63,897 nucleotides of DNA, filler included, from Ministeria vibrans ATCC 50519 (GCA_943704425.1; 11 parts of 11 records of this genome joined end to end with filler, not necessarily neighbours in it), one strand, 5' to 3'. Counted from the whole stretch's first letter, positions 50,413 through 63,417 are shown. Translations and numbers: made by a program. The notes: generated from the letters alone by a model not told the origin.

Positions 50413-50588
50413 NNNNNNNNNNNNNNNNNNNNNNNNNNNNNNNNNNNNNNNNNNNNTTAATTAATTAANNNNNNNNNNNNNNNNNNNNNNNNNNNNNNNN
50501 NNNNNNNNNNNNCCCCCCTCCCCCCGCCTCTCCCGCACGCCTTCCATTGTCACCAACTTCTGATTCATGTGTTGGTAACCTATTGCAG

Positions 50589-51139
50589 GTCGTACACGAC
50601 AAACCAGTTTCCAACAGAGTACATTCCGACTGTGTATGACAATTATTCCGCCAATGTTCTTGTTGATGGTCAAGTCACCCATCTCTCCCTGTGGGACACA
50701 GCAGGACAGGTGAGTGCATTCTACACACCTACTATTGATATTTTCATCCCATGACCGACTCGAAACCCATTTTCAGGACGACTACGATCGACTCCGTCCG
50801 CTGAGCTATCCTGGCACAGATATTTTTATGATTACCTTCTCCGTTGCAAGTCACACGTCACTGGCCAATGTCACACACAAGTGGGTGCCTGAGATTCGCC
50901 ACCACAGCCCGTCGACCGCGTTTTTGCTGGTGGGACTTCAGGCGGACAAGCGAACAAACACAGACGAGACAGTCTCATACCCTCAAGGTTTGTGCGCTGC
51001 AAAGCAACTTGGCGCCTACAAATACCTCGAGTGCAGTGCGTTTACACAGAAGGGACTCAAGACTGTGTTTGACGAGGCCATTCGGGCTGCCATCTCACCA
51101 GTAGTACCTGTAAAGAAAGGCAAGTGTACGTTGCTCTAG
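50589..51139 (+). CDS. Rac/Cdc42-like Rho GTPase, 5' exon in gap
   Basis: [26 protein letters not shown]|[33 protein letters not shown]. Confidence 0.93.
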
Positions 51140-51429
51140 AAGAACGGGCACTTCACCGTCTCTGTACAATACACAACACCACTCATCATCATTGTTTGAA
51201 GGAATCAAATTTTTTTATTACAATACTATGATAAGAACAAACAATAAAAATTAATAATAATAATAATAACAATAATTTATTATTATTATTATTATCATTT
51301 TATTGTATTATTGCGTACAGCTCTAATATCGATTTTTCCCTTTCTTCTTTTCCTTGAGTAAACCTTTTACTTTAATCATTATTAAAATTTAAATAATAAT
51401 AATTATTATTGTTTTTATTATTATTAGCT

Positions 51430-53620
51430 TTACAAATTTACACGGTATTGGCTGGCATCAATCTGAGCAAGCACAGCCTTGATGGGCTCCAAGGCCCAGA
51501 GCATGTCGGCGTCACGAAGAGTCATGAGGAGGCGAGGGCCCGATTCGCGGAAGCGGCAGTTGGTGATGTTGGCACAGGAGCGGTGGAAGTGATTGATGCG
51601 GAGTTGTTTGTGGCGGTCGAGCTGAAGAGAATGCGGTGGAGTGAGGAGGGTGCGTGGGAGAACGTAGTGGACGGACATGTGGTCGACACGTGAGGTGTGC
51701 ACGATGGCCTTGCTGTTGCCGTTGCCCGAGCGCACGGGTACGTAGACGTAGCGTGCGAGCAAGGGCGACTGAGGAGGCGACGGCTGTGCCAGTCCGCCGT
51801 AAAGGACCATCCAAAGACGTAGCGACGCCCGATTCTGGTTGCTCTCAAGCAGTTGGGCGAGTATCCTTCGGGTGGACTCAGCGTGAGGTTGGTGGTGAAG
51901 GAACTCGTCAAGATCAATAAAGAGGGTCCATTCATCCCGGTGGTGTTTGGCGCGCCAGAGACAGTGGTCCATGGCAGGGGTCTGATCAAACGAAGGTTTC
52001 ACACGCACCAGCGGCTCGCGCGCGTACTCATCATCGTACGGCGGCCACACAGTGCGCGTGACCACACCTGCCCGCTCAAAGGGCGCCAGCAGATCGCCCA
52101 GTGCGTCAAAGCGATCGTACATGTAGAAATGCTGGACGCCCACAAGGAGATGGTAGGCGAGCCACTCACGCACCGCCGCCCGACTGATGTTGCTGTGTAG
52201 CGGCTGCGTACACGCAACAACCTTGCGTGCGGGGGCAGGAGGCGCACCCAGACACACCGGCACGGACAGGTTGAACGAGCCCCTAACAAACAGTAGAATT
52301 AGTGGCAAAGCGGTAGGGGTTGATTTCATACTGAGTGTCGGTGAAAAAGACATGGTCATGAGGGCGCCAGGGGTGCGCAAGGGCAGCAGGGAAGTCGCAA
52401 GTGACAGTGTGCACGTAGTTGCCGTACTCAATGATAGCCGGCAGGGGTTTGGACACACCTGGTACAACGCACAGAGGCGTCCGCTCCCGATGGAACGTGT
52501 AGTCCATGGGCGCTCGGCTCTCTGAGTGTCGTGCGTTTACATTGTCAAAGTCCTCTGATCCTCCCAGGATCACTAGTTTCTCCCCACGCACAAATGCCTG
52601 CAAGACAAAAAACGGATGAGAGGCAAATACACCCCCTCCAAAGTCAAGTAGAAAACGAATGAACTCGAAGATGATACATTGCAAGACAAACAAGAGAAAC
52701 AAAAGTCAAAGCGAACGAGAAGCCACGGAAAAAAAAACCGGAAGGAGCCACAGATATACAAAACTCAAAGACACATGGATAAACGAATATCAAAACACAG
52801 CGAAACAAAACAACAACAGCAGAGTATAAACAATCGAACATACATGGTGAACGAAACGAAATGTCACGAAAAGAATATCAGACACACACACACACACAAT
52901 ATGATCACAATACCAATATGATCCAATATGATCACAATACCAATATGATCACAATACCAAGCAGAAACCAAAGGAATGGAAATGACAAAGGTATAAGGAT
53001 GACAGTCGAATGAGTACCTGGTAGGTGAAGAACTGGACCGTGCGATAGGGCGCCACAAGCGACTTGATGCGTCCCGTCGAGCGGAAGTCGGGCTGACACA
53101 AGCCGGAGCTGGTCGCGGCGGAGGCAGTACCACCGCCCACGGGCACGCTGGAAGGAGGCTTCTCGACCAGCGAGATGGCTCCTTGAACGCCTGGGGCGTT
53201 GTTGTTTGCGCTGTTGCGGATGGCACTGACGGAGCGCACTGTTGGTGCGTTTGCTGCGGCCTTTGCCTTAAGCTCCGCCTGCTCGGCACGCCAGCGCTGC
53301 TTCTTGAGCGCCGAGAAGAAGAAGAAGTTGTGCCAGACGTCCTCGCTGACGGCGTCCATGTGGGCGTGGGCGTCGCTGAGGCCCGTCGGGTGGCCGCCAA
53401 CGCGCTTTCCCTTGGCAATTTCGTCCATGCGCCACTCACGCACCGCGCCAAACACCTTCCCGTGTCGATGCACGTCCAGCGACCAAGCGCCTTGATCATT
53501 GCGATTGTCTGCAGCCGTTGGATTCGACACGAACACGTACGATCGAGTGAGCCACACCAGACACACTACGACAGCACCCGCAACGACGCCGGCCGTCATT
53601 CTCTTCATGCTTGCATCCAC
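51430..53620 (-). CDS. GT92/DUF23-like type II membrane glycosyltransferase (3 exons)
   Basis: N-terminal TM; VVACTQPL..VREWLAYHLLVGVQHFYMYD; DHCLWRAK..EWTLFIDLDEFL; KAIV, INHF. Confidence 0.8.
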
Positions 53621-54164
53621 AAGATGTCGAGATCACTGCAAATCACTGCAAATGCACTGGACAAGCGTCGTCACTCGTCACAAGACCAGCCAAGACAGTC
53701 AATGAATAGTGAATAAAATAATGATTATTCAGCAGACAACACAACTGATTTTAATATAATAATAAAAGCGTCGTCACTCGTCACAAGACCAGCCAAGACA
53801 GTCAATGAATAGTGAATAAAATAATGATTATTCAGCAGACAACACAACTGATTTTAATATAATAATAATAAATATATTATTATTTTTTATGATTTTATAT
53901 ATATAATTAATGCTACAAGAAGTGAGCAACTCACTCAGACAGAGAATTGAGAAAAAAAAAGTAATAAGTAAACAAACAGTGATAGCACAAAAATAAGGTT
54001 GAGTTCTGTTGAGGTCAAAGAGTCGTCACATTTTTAAAATTTCTTATATTTAACAATAATAATACCTGATTCTCTCTATTCTCTATTATTCTTTTCTTGT
54101 TATAATTATTATATTTCTCATTATTATAGCTTAGGTTATTAAATATTCTTATCAATTATTAGTT

Positions 54165-55232
54165 TTATTCAGTCTTTGGCGTTTTGCCTTTTTCCTTTCG
54201 CTTGTGCTGAATTTGCGCGCGAATGCTTGCCCGCTCAGCCTCGGTCGCCTTCAACGCCGCCTGACGTGCCTTGGGGTTGGGCTGTGCCTTGATGCTCTGT
54301 CGGATCTTCTCGAGAGACTCTTTGAGCTGTGCCAGTGTCACAGGTGCGGGTATTTCCTCGGGCGTTTCCTCCGCCTCCGCACTCACCGCTTCCACTTTGA
54401 CAGGATTGCTTGGCTCTTCCGCTCGACTCGTCTCAGGATTCTTCTTCTTGTCGCTCTTGATGGGCGCAAGCGCGGCCACTAGTGCCTCGCGCTTTGCCTT
54501 TACCACCGCCAGGTGCTCTTGGATCGCTTGGCGCTCCGCTGTCGCACTCTCGCGCGCTGCAATTTTTTCCTCCTTGGTCGCTGTGGCGCTCACTGCAGAT
54601 CGCACCCCCTTGAGATTCGAGCGCAATGTGGCCTCAAGCTCGCGCGTTGCTTGAATCTCCGCACGTGTCTTTTCCATGACAGCCTTGCGCTTCTCTTGCA
54701 CTGCCTTGAGTTGTTCCTGCAGCTGCGTTGTCTCTGCCACACGCGTGTCCACTTCGTCACGCAGTAGCTGCGCTGCGTCAACAGGGGTCATGGTGACGTC
54801 ATGCGCCGTGGTCTCCTCCGTTGAAGGTGTCGCTGTCTCAACCGATGCCTGCTCAGCAGCAGGTTGTTCGGCCGTTGGAGCTGAATGGCAGCGATGGCGG
54901 CGCTCCAGGCGCACAATGAGGTAGCGCTTGCGGTCACAACGCTCTGGTCCGCTCGGGTGCTCCTCGTTGCTCTCCTCCGGCTGCGCCGTCTGACGGCGGC
55001 AGTGACGCCGGCACTCTTCGTGCTTCTCTTTCATGGCTTCCGCCCTCTTGACGGCGCGAAGATGGCACATGCGCAGGCGGCGTTGGATGAACTCGGGATC
55101 CTGTTCGAGTTTGTTTTGGATGTGGGTTGAAATTTTGGCGGCTCGCTCGAAAAAGCGTGCCAGCTTGATTTGTGCCACCTGGGGCGTCGGCAATGTGGTA
55201 GTAGTAGTGTTGGTTGATGTTGTGGAGCTCAT
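54165..55232 (-). CDS. Intronless hypothetical coiled-coil protein
   Basis: Long GC-rich ORF from ATG 55232 (MSSTTSTN) with heptad-rich E/K/A segments; TATAAAAG ~45 nt upstream. Confidence 0.7.
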   Translation of the reverse strand: MSSTTSTNTTTTTLPTPQVAQIKLARFFERAAKISTHIQNKLEQDPEFIQRRLRMCHLRAVKRAEAMKEKHEECRRHCRRQTAQPEESNEEHPSGPERCDRKRYLIVRLERRHRCHSAPTAEQPAAEQASVETATPSTEETTAHDVTMTPVDAAQLLRDEVDTRVAETTQLQEQLKAVQEKRKAVMEKTRAEIQATRELEATLRSNLKGVRSAVSATATKEEKIAARESATAERQAIQEHLAVVKAKREALVAALAPIKSDKKKNPETSRAEEPSNPVKVEAVSAEAEETPEEIPAPVTLAQLKESLEKIRQSIKAQPNPKARQAALKATEAERASIRAQIQHKRKEKGKTPKTE

Positions 55233-55271
55233 GATGATGAATTTTAATGACAAGAGAATGAATTGTGTGAG

Positions 55272-55282
55272 CGCTTTTATAC
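55272..55282 (-). promoter_or_regulatory. Putative TATA box
   Basis: GTATAAAAGCG on the minus strand ~45 nt upstream of ATG 55232. Confidence 0.35.
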
Positions 55283-55949
55283 ACAAGAAAGTTCGCCAAG
55301 AAGCTGCCAAGATATTTATAAGACTCCAAATTCCAAGACCAAACACCCCAAGAACGTTTTTTTTCGGGGTCTATATCAAGCAAGAGACCATCCAGCTTGA
55401 AATCTTGAATGTTCCAATGCTGATTATGCTGATTATGCTGCTGACTGGCTTAGCTTTCGACAAAGAGGACAACTCAGAGACACGTTTGACATGTATTTAC
55501 ATTTCTCAAACATCACAACAGAGTGCTCCTGGCGTCGACAACCACCTCCCCAACACCTCATTTTTACTACACAAGCTAAACATAACATTATCGCAGCATG
55601 CGACCATGAGCGTGCTTCACATTCGATGAACTTGATCCCTCGTTGAAAATTCTCAACTCCACAAATTACTTCTCAACTCCAAAATCCCACTCCTCTCTCA
55701 CGTTTCCACCGCCTCTGACACACTGCTACATGCAAATTCAATCAACCTTTTATCCAATCGTCACCTCGTCATCCTTTGGATATACCTACATCATCAGGAG
55801 GTTCTTTCGACGTCGTCATGATGACACTTTATTACGCAATTCCCCGACGTGTAATTATTTAAAAATATCTCCGCTTCCTCTCCTCACTTTTATTCTCTCT
55901 TTCCCTTCTTCACATCCTTCCACACGGGTCTGCTTCCTCAGACACACTA

Positions 55950-56242
55950 ATGACTTCTCTTTTGACCCGTTTGTCTCAGGCCTTTGCTGCACCAACTTTC
56001 CCGCCGACGTGCAACGACGTTCCCCAGTCCAAGCCGCTGCCGGGCCAGGTGGCCAATAGCGCAGGTGGTCACTCGTACCAGGCCAGCGACGAAGAACGCC
56101 TTACGCGCTTCCTTGTGCTCGGCACCGAAGGGGGCACCTTTTACGCCAAGGAGCGCGATCTCAACATTGAAAACGTCGAGGTGCTCCAGCGAATGCTCGC
56201 CGACGGCAAGGGGCCCCAAGTGGTCCAGACGGTGCGCGACAT
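55950..56242 (+). CDS. RO60: Ro60/TROVE2 RNA-binding protein, 5' part
   Basis: QVANSAGGHSY..DEERLTRFLVLGTEGGTFY is the Ro60 TROVE N-terminal signature; truncated at gap. Confidence 0.9.
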
Positions 56243-56787
56243 NNNNNNNNNNNNNNNNNNNNNNNNNNNNNNNNNNNNNNNNNNNNTTAATTAATTAANN
56301 NNNNNNNNNNNNNNNNNNNNNNNNNNNNNNNNNNNNNNNNNNGGTCTAGGGGGGGGGGGGCGGAGTGTGGGAGTGAGTGTGAGAGTGAGAGAGAGAGAGT
56401 GAGTGAGAGTGAGTGAGAGTGGGTAACACGAAAAGTGTTATCACAAGACATCAACAAAAATCGTACAGTCACGGGCGACGATCGTGTCTCCTCTTGGCGA
56501 TAGCACAAAGAATTGCGACAGCATCTTCGAAAAAGAAAAACACAAAAAGAGTAATAACTTATAACTTATAGCTAATGAAAATCAGTCATAACATTCAAAC
56601 GATCAACTCACGATCGACTGGAAACCCTCGAGAGTCTAGCACGTAGTTTGACGCATAGTTTCCCTGAAAAGAGTCAAAAGACTCGCCCAGCTACTCCCGA
56701 CACCCTGTCTAAGGCACACACTCACTGTTAACATTTTTCCCCTTCGAATTACAAAAATAATGAGTTTACTAATCATTCATTTTCAGT

Positions 56788-58080
56788 ATGATTTTGACCG
56801 CTGCGCTTGCCGTCGCCTTCGTCGCCCTGGCGTCGGCCGACTCGTCGTCAGTTGTAGATAGTCTTCAATTTGGCAACATGCGCGATGAATCGACACACGC
56901 CGTCAAGGCAATCAACGCAACGGCACTGGAGAAAGGTAAACGCGACGGTGCGGTCTCGCTGTGTCAACAAACACTCACACTGCCCAGGCCCCTTTGGTGA
57001 AACGGCCCGCCAGCTGCTTCCGGGCGGCCGTCTTTCCTTTGCACTAGAGCCTGCACTGTATGTGACTGTGAAGTTCTGGGGCGGTCAGAATTCGGCGCCA
57101 GATGGTCAATCCGACGCGCGCTATCTGACAACCTTCTTTTTTGACCCGCTGACGGGCGCACAGTACGGCGACGCGCTCGCGAACCCCCCCGAGTTGGATT
57201 ACGTCGACTGTGATGCTGTTGCGGACCAGCCCATGGAGGGCCGCTGGGAATACAGCACCTATGTGATTCCGGGCAATTGGACCATCAACGGAAAGATGCA
57301 CTTGACGGTGGGCACAGGCACCTTCAACAAGTACGGCCACGAATACCACACACCAAGCCGCGCCGTCTACCGTGCCTACGCCCACAACGAGCCGTTTTTC
57401 CAGCCAGACCCCTCCGCGGAAGACCAAGGGGCTCTCCCGGCCATGGCTCCCTCACCCTCCGTGCCCCACGACCAACAACTCGCTGCGCTGCGCACCCGCA
57501 TCAACATGGCTGTCGATCAGTTTATGAAAAGTCAGCTCTTTGGTGACACCTGGAATGCGCGCGTTGCCAATGGCAGTGCACCCGCCATCATGACTGGAGC
57601 ACTCTCTGAGGTATACCACGAATGCCACTTGCACAACAAACAACCTCTCCTTTTACAACGTGCTCCTCGGTTCTCGTAGACAAGTGGCGATTCGAGCTGG
57701 ACCGTCCAAGAGTGGAAAGACAACGTGATTCGCGGTCCACTGAGCCACAACAACAATAATCTGCGGGCGCTTGAGGTGTTTGGGCGGGCCTTTTACGACT
57801 CAAACTCCCCTCACTACCGTTCCTTTGAGATGCTCGAGCGCATCGCGTCCGGTCTCGATTTCTATTCCATTGCTCAAGGTAAGTTATAGAGAAAGGAGGA
57901 GAGAGAAAGAACAACGTAATACAGAGAGAGAGTGTGTGTGAGGGAGAGAGAAGAAGATAGAAGAGCCCCAGTTGATTCTGTGATGTTTAGGTGCCAATGG
58001 TGGCTATGACGACACAAATCATCACAATTCTTACATTGGAGCACCCGACCGCATAAACGCCTCCGGCTGTCTCGAAGGTT

Positions 58081-58121
<41 letters not shown>

Positions 58122-58395
58122 GCACGTACATATAAACATATACCAAAACACACCACACATACATACTTACATACACCACAAGACATACACACGCGCCTCC
58201 TTTCTCTCTCTCTCTCTTTCTCCCCACCTTGTGTCTCTAATACTAGTATCGCTGTAGGATACGGACACATTGGATTGTCTCGGGGTTTTCTACGTGTGTA
58301 CTCTGAGCTGAAGCGCACAGGATTGCTTGAGCAAACAGTGGACTCGGATGACAACCCGCACACACCTAATGTGACGCGCACGGTCGCCTACTGCA
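56788..58395 (+). CDS. Secreted protein of an uncharacterised bacterial-like family, 5' part
   Basis: Signal peptide; DSLQFGN..ESTH, GPFGETARQLLPGG.LSF, YVTVKFWG, GRWEYSTY.IP, SRAVYRAYAH; GT-AG introns. Confidence 0.6.
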
Positions 58396-58495
58396 NNNNN
58401 NNNNNNNNNNNNNNNNNNNNNNNNNNNNNNNNNNNNNNNTTAATTAATTAANNNNNNNNNNNNNNNNNNNNNNNNNNNNNNNNNNNNNNNNNNNN

Positions 58496-58598
<103 letters not shown>

Positions 58599-58610
58599 GT
58601 GTCGTCTTAC

Positions 58611-60003
58611 GGCCTTCTCAATGAGTTTCACAAGGTTCTTGGGCTTTCCCTCCTGATGAGCGCGCTTCTCCTGCTCCGCCGCACTAAACTCAAATTTACT
58701 GAAATGAAATCGTGTTGCAGTGCTGTCGCTCTGCTGTTGCTTCTGCTTTGACGTGTGGGGAGACGCCTGTGGCTTTCCGGCGAATGGATCGGGGACCTTT
58801 GCAGCAGCGACTGCTCTTGATTGACGTGCGTTCAGTTTGCGCTGTTTGACGGCCGCCTGGCGTTGCTGCTTCTTCTCTGCCTTGGTAAGTCGTTTCTTGG
58901 TCGGTTGTTGTTGTTGCTGATGTGCTTCTTGTTGTGCTTGCTGTTGTTGTGCTTGTTCTTGTTTGATCCGTGGTCGTCGCGCCGCTTCCTTTTCGCGCAG
59001 TCGCGCGTGCAATCGTTGGCGCAGAGACTCGATGGATTCCGGTCCACTTAGTTTCACTGTTGGGCCCTCTGTTGCTGTTGTTGTCGTGGTGGAAGTGTTA
59101 CTGTTGCTTGCTGCCGTGCCATTGCGTTTTCTTTTTGCGCCTAACACACAAATAAAGAAAATGAGTAAACACACATAATTATGATAAAATAAGGGGAACT
59201 GTACCTGGCTTGGGCTTCTCTGCCTCGTCTTCTTCGTCGCTGTCTTCATCACTGTCTTCGTCATCATCCTCATCCTCCTCCTCGTCGTCGTCGTCGTCGT
59301 CATCCCCCACCATCTCATCAAATGTCATATCTACATCACCCTCCTCATCCTCATCCTCATCCTCATCGTCCTCATCGTCCTCGTCGTCGTCGTCCTCCTC
59401 CTCCTCCTCATCGTCATCCTCCTCATCGCCGCCACTCTCCTCCACCATCATCCGCATCTCCTTCTCCTTCCGCTGCTTCATGGCCGCGCGTGCCTCCGCA
59501 ACGCCCTCCAGCCGCTCCTCCTCAATGCGACCCAGCACAGCACTCGACGACAGTGACTCCATCTGCTCCGGATCCAAACGCCGCTTCTTCGCTTTTTTCG
59601 ACCGCTCCTTAATCTCCTACACGTCAAAGCAGTAGGTCACACGAGAGAAAGTGAGCATTCAAAGGGCCCTTCCCCCTCAAACAGACGATTTGTTCTTCTT
59701 GGTCGCAACTTCTTTTTTTTTTTTTTTTTCCCCACGCTACTCCCTCCAAACGGCGCGCATCCGCCCCCTTTTCGGCACTGACCTGCTTCGGCGCCCGCTC
59801 CGAGTGGTTCTTGTAGTACGACGTCGACGGCATGTCGGCCGGTCGGTTTGCGCTGGACACATAGTGCTGCACCGGCACCGTGTTGACCAGCCCGTCGAAG
59901 TAGTTCGCCAGTGAAGATGCCCGAGACTGCCGTGCGATCGCGTTAGTGCCATAAAGCCCATTTTTCTGTGTCTCTTTGCACTCGACGCATGTCTTACCTC
60001 CAT
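58611..60003 (-). CDS. SURF6: SURF6/Rrp14 nucleolar protein, 5' part
   Basis: ME|SRASSLANYFDGLVNTVPVQHY (RRP14 N-domain), AKKRRLDP, acidic tract, SIESLRQRLHARL, FHFSKFEF. Confidence 0.85.
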
Positions 60004-60439
60004 TTGTGAATAAAACTGAAAATAAATGATTAATGATCACATTCTTCGGAGCCGTCAGCAGTAGCCCGCCAAGGACCAAGCATAAAGCAGCAAGTGGTAA
60101 GTAGTAGTAGCCGAGTGTAGCAGACCTATAACATATCAGTACACACACACTAGACTTCAAGTTGAACTCATTCACAACTCATTCAAATTGACTCATCGTC
60201 AATCGAGCATTCACTATGGCCCATGAGGCATGAGCCATGCGCACTTTTCATTGAACCCACGTCTAACTTTGAATCATACAAAGCGCAAGAAGAAGAATAC
60301 AACCCCTTAATCTCACATTAATCTATCAAGATCAACATTAAAGCAAATACAAAATTTGAAATTGCTTTTCACCTTTCAGAATTCAGATTTCTTTCCTCTT
60401 TCTCCCTAACCCTCTCTCTGCGCCCCTCCCCGTTGCACC

Positions 60440-60512
60440 ATGCTGCGTCTTGTCGGAATGGTCGCAGCTGTTCTTCTGGCCGCCTATGTGCCTGCGTCCA
60501 GCGCCCTTCGTC
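60440..60512 (+). CDS. First exon of a secreted protein (signal peptide)
   Basis: MLRLVGMVAAVLLAAYVPASSALR then GTACGT donor; contig ends. Confidence 0.45.
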
Positions 60513-61187
60513 GTACGTCCAGCCCTTTTCCGTCACTTTTGAGTGTCTCAACGTCATCCGTTTTTTTTTTTTTTTTTNNNNNNNNNNNNNNNNNNNNNNN
60601 NNNNNNNNNNNNNNNNNNNNNTTAATTAATTAANNNNNNNNNNNNNNNNNNNNNNNNNNNNNNNNNNNNNNNNNNNNAAAAAAAAGGTGTGCGACACCCC
60701 CCGTTCACATCTGGTCTCCCACGATATTACTTGCGAAGGCTTGCACGAGCTTAACTTGAGTGTTCGGAAGAGAACTCGTGTTTCCTCGTGAATATGGACG
60801 CACAAGAACAAAAGAGCTCTTTTGTGCTCTAAGTCCCTATTTTTAATCTTAAAATGTGTGTAAGCAAATAATAAGTCAACAAGACATTAAGATGACTAAG
60901 TTAACAATACATTAAGATGACTAAGTCAACAAAAGCACTAAAATGTCAAAAGACTGACAGTATTTTGGAAGATGTTTAAAATCTTTTAATCAAGACGTGT
61001 TCAGCTGCTCGCTCTTCTGTTCTGATTTATGCTAAATATGCGATCGATATATTCCTATTTCCTACGTCCTGTTAACGAACCGATAATGTAATGAATAATC
61101 GTTGATTCTTTGATGATGTTTCATTACCCATAAATTAACTCATCTCACCAAACTTAAATCCTTTCTTTTCTCTCATTTTTCTGCACC

Positions 61188-63230
61188 ATGAGCAAGTCGA
61201 AGAAGTCAAAGTCAAAGTCGTCCAACAAGAAGGGAGGTGGCGCCAAGTCGACGGCGGCAGCAGCCGCTGCTTCGTCTTCCGCCGCGGACGTTACACCGGT
61301 CATCGCTGAGGAGCCCGTCCTGCAGGTGGGCGTTGGTATCTCCTTTGGAGGCACCTCGATCTGTGCAGCTGTGTGTCGCGGCGACGAGTCGCCCGAGACG
61401 CATCTTCTCCTGGCAGAGGTACAATCGCACACGTGGAAAGAAAAAAAACTCATCCATCGAGACTCAACCCCGCCTCTCCTGTTCTCCTTCTCTCTCTCTC
61501 TCTTTCTCTCTCCCGGTTCCCCTCCGCCCCGTAGACTGTCTGTTCCGAGGCCGGTGACCGCGTGACGCCCGCTCTTGTGACCTACCCGACGGAGGCGGAC
61601 GGCGAAGCGGTCCTGGGCAATGCCGCGAAGCAGGAGTACGCACGTTTCCTCAAACAGTCCGCCTGGGGCGCCGTCCATCTTCTGTCGGGCGACCAAGAGG
61701 CTATTGAGGCCGTCAAGGCGCGCGGCTCAGTGTCCATTGTCGACAACGAAAAGGGTGACGGGAAATCGTTCAAGGTATGTCCTCTACAATGTCGTTTGAT
61801 CGTCGTCTCCTGTTCTCATTGACATGTTGTCTTGTTGTAGATTAAGGGAGCGGACGACACGACTTTGCTGTACGATCCGGAGGACTCGGTGCGTCGCCTG
61901 TGCGAGCGCATGCGGGAGATCACATCGGCCTTCCTGCACGGCACAGTCAATCGTGCCGTCATTAGTGTCCCCGTTGCCTTCTCCGACTTTGCCGTGGCGC
62001 GCATTGTTGACGCGGCCAACTCGGTCGGCCTTACGGTGCAGCGGACGTTGCGCAAGCCGGCCGCAGCACTGCTTGCGACGGGTCTGCTGGGCGAGCGCGG
62101 ACAGACGCGCACCGTGGTGGCCTTTGATGCAGGTGCGAGCAGTGTTGCCGTCACCGTGTATGTCATCAGTAATGGTCTCCTGCGCGAGATTGCGACCGTC
62201 GTGGACCACTCTGTGGGCGGTCACGATTTTGACAATGTGCTTGCTGATCACTTTGCCGACGAATTCCGTCGCCAAAGAAACATTGACATCAGAGAGAGGT
62301 AAAAAAAAAAAAGTTTTATTATTATTGTTATTATTATTATTAACATAATCTCTATCTCTTTGTTTCTCCATCCTTTTTTTTTGTGCGTGTGTATTAGCCG
62401 CAAGTCACTGGCGAAACTTCGACTGGCGTGTGAAGTGTGCAAGCGGACACTGACTAGCAGCAGTTCGGCGACGGTTCACGTTGAGTCGATCCATGACGGC
62501 GTCGACCTGAACGGCAGCATCAACCGCGCTCGCTTTGAGCTGCTCGCAGCGGGGCTTTTCAAGAGAGCACTGGCGGTCGTCTCGCGTGCGCTGGCCAAGG
62601 CCGACATTGACGAGGACGCCGTAGACAAGTTTGTCTGTCTCGGCGGTGCGTCACGCATCCCTAAAGTCAGTGCCATGCTCACCGAGTTTTTTGGTGGCCT
62701 GGAGCCATCCAACGACGCTGTCCTGCTCAACGACGAAGTGGCCGCCCACGGTGCTGCCATTCAGGTACACACACGCAGATAATTAATTTACAACGCCTAA
62801 ATCATGCTGTTTGTAGGCACACCTGTTGCTTGAGGACGAGACGGCCGACGAGGACCTGAAGTACACGACGGTCCCCGTTCTGCCGACGCGTCTGGGCGTT
62901 GTGAATGGCGACGGAGAGGTCGTGACTGTTATGGTTGCAGGCACTGCTCTTCCTGCGACCGCCAAGTGGACCTTTGAAGGTCACGATGCCACTCAGACGC
63001 GCTTCAGTGTTTCGCTCGTGAGTGGTGTGTCGGCCGATCCCTCGCAGTGCACACCTCTCTGCACAGTGGGTCTTGAGGCAACGCCTTCCGTTGCACCCAC
63101 CGAAGATGAGCCCGTTGAGGTTGAGCTGACCGTCACTGTCAGTGCCGATGGCAGCGCTTCCGTCTCGCTCGCTCACGCCGACTCCGCCAAGACGGTCGTC
63201 TGCGCTCTCCCCGCCCCAAACAAGTCGTGA
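61188..63230 (+). CDS. HSPA14: Atypical Hsp70, HSPA14/Ssz1 (ribosome-associated complex)
   Basis: VGISFG, EAGDRVTPALV, AVISVP, PAAALLA, VGGHDFD, KLRLACEVCKRTL, INRARFE, GGASRIPK, DEVAAHGAAIQ; truncated substrate-binding domain without lid. Confidence 0.85.
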
Positions 63231-63417
63231 TTGATTGATTCTATGTTGGTTTCTGTATTTGATGATTACAATCGTATTCCCGTCTCTCTCCACAGCTGAA
63301 TTCGTCACATAGCAGCACACAAGTCGTGATTGATTGATTCTATGTTGGTTTCTGTATTTGATGATTACAATCGTATTCCCGTCTCTCTCCACAGCTGAAT
63401 TCGTCACATAGCAGTAA

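Noticed and set aside
60030-60130. Possible small TM exon or ncRNA upstream of SURF6
   Set aside because: No supported start or partner exon, and no recognisable RNA family motif.
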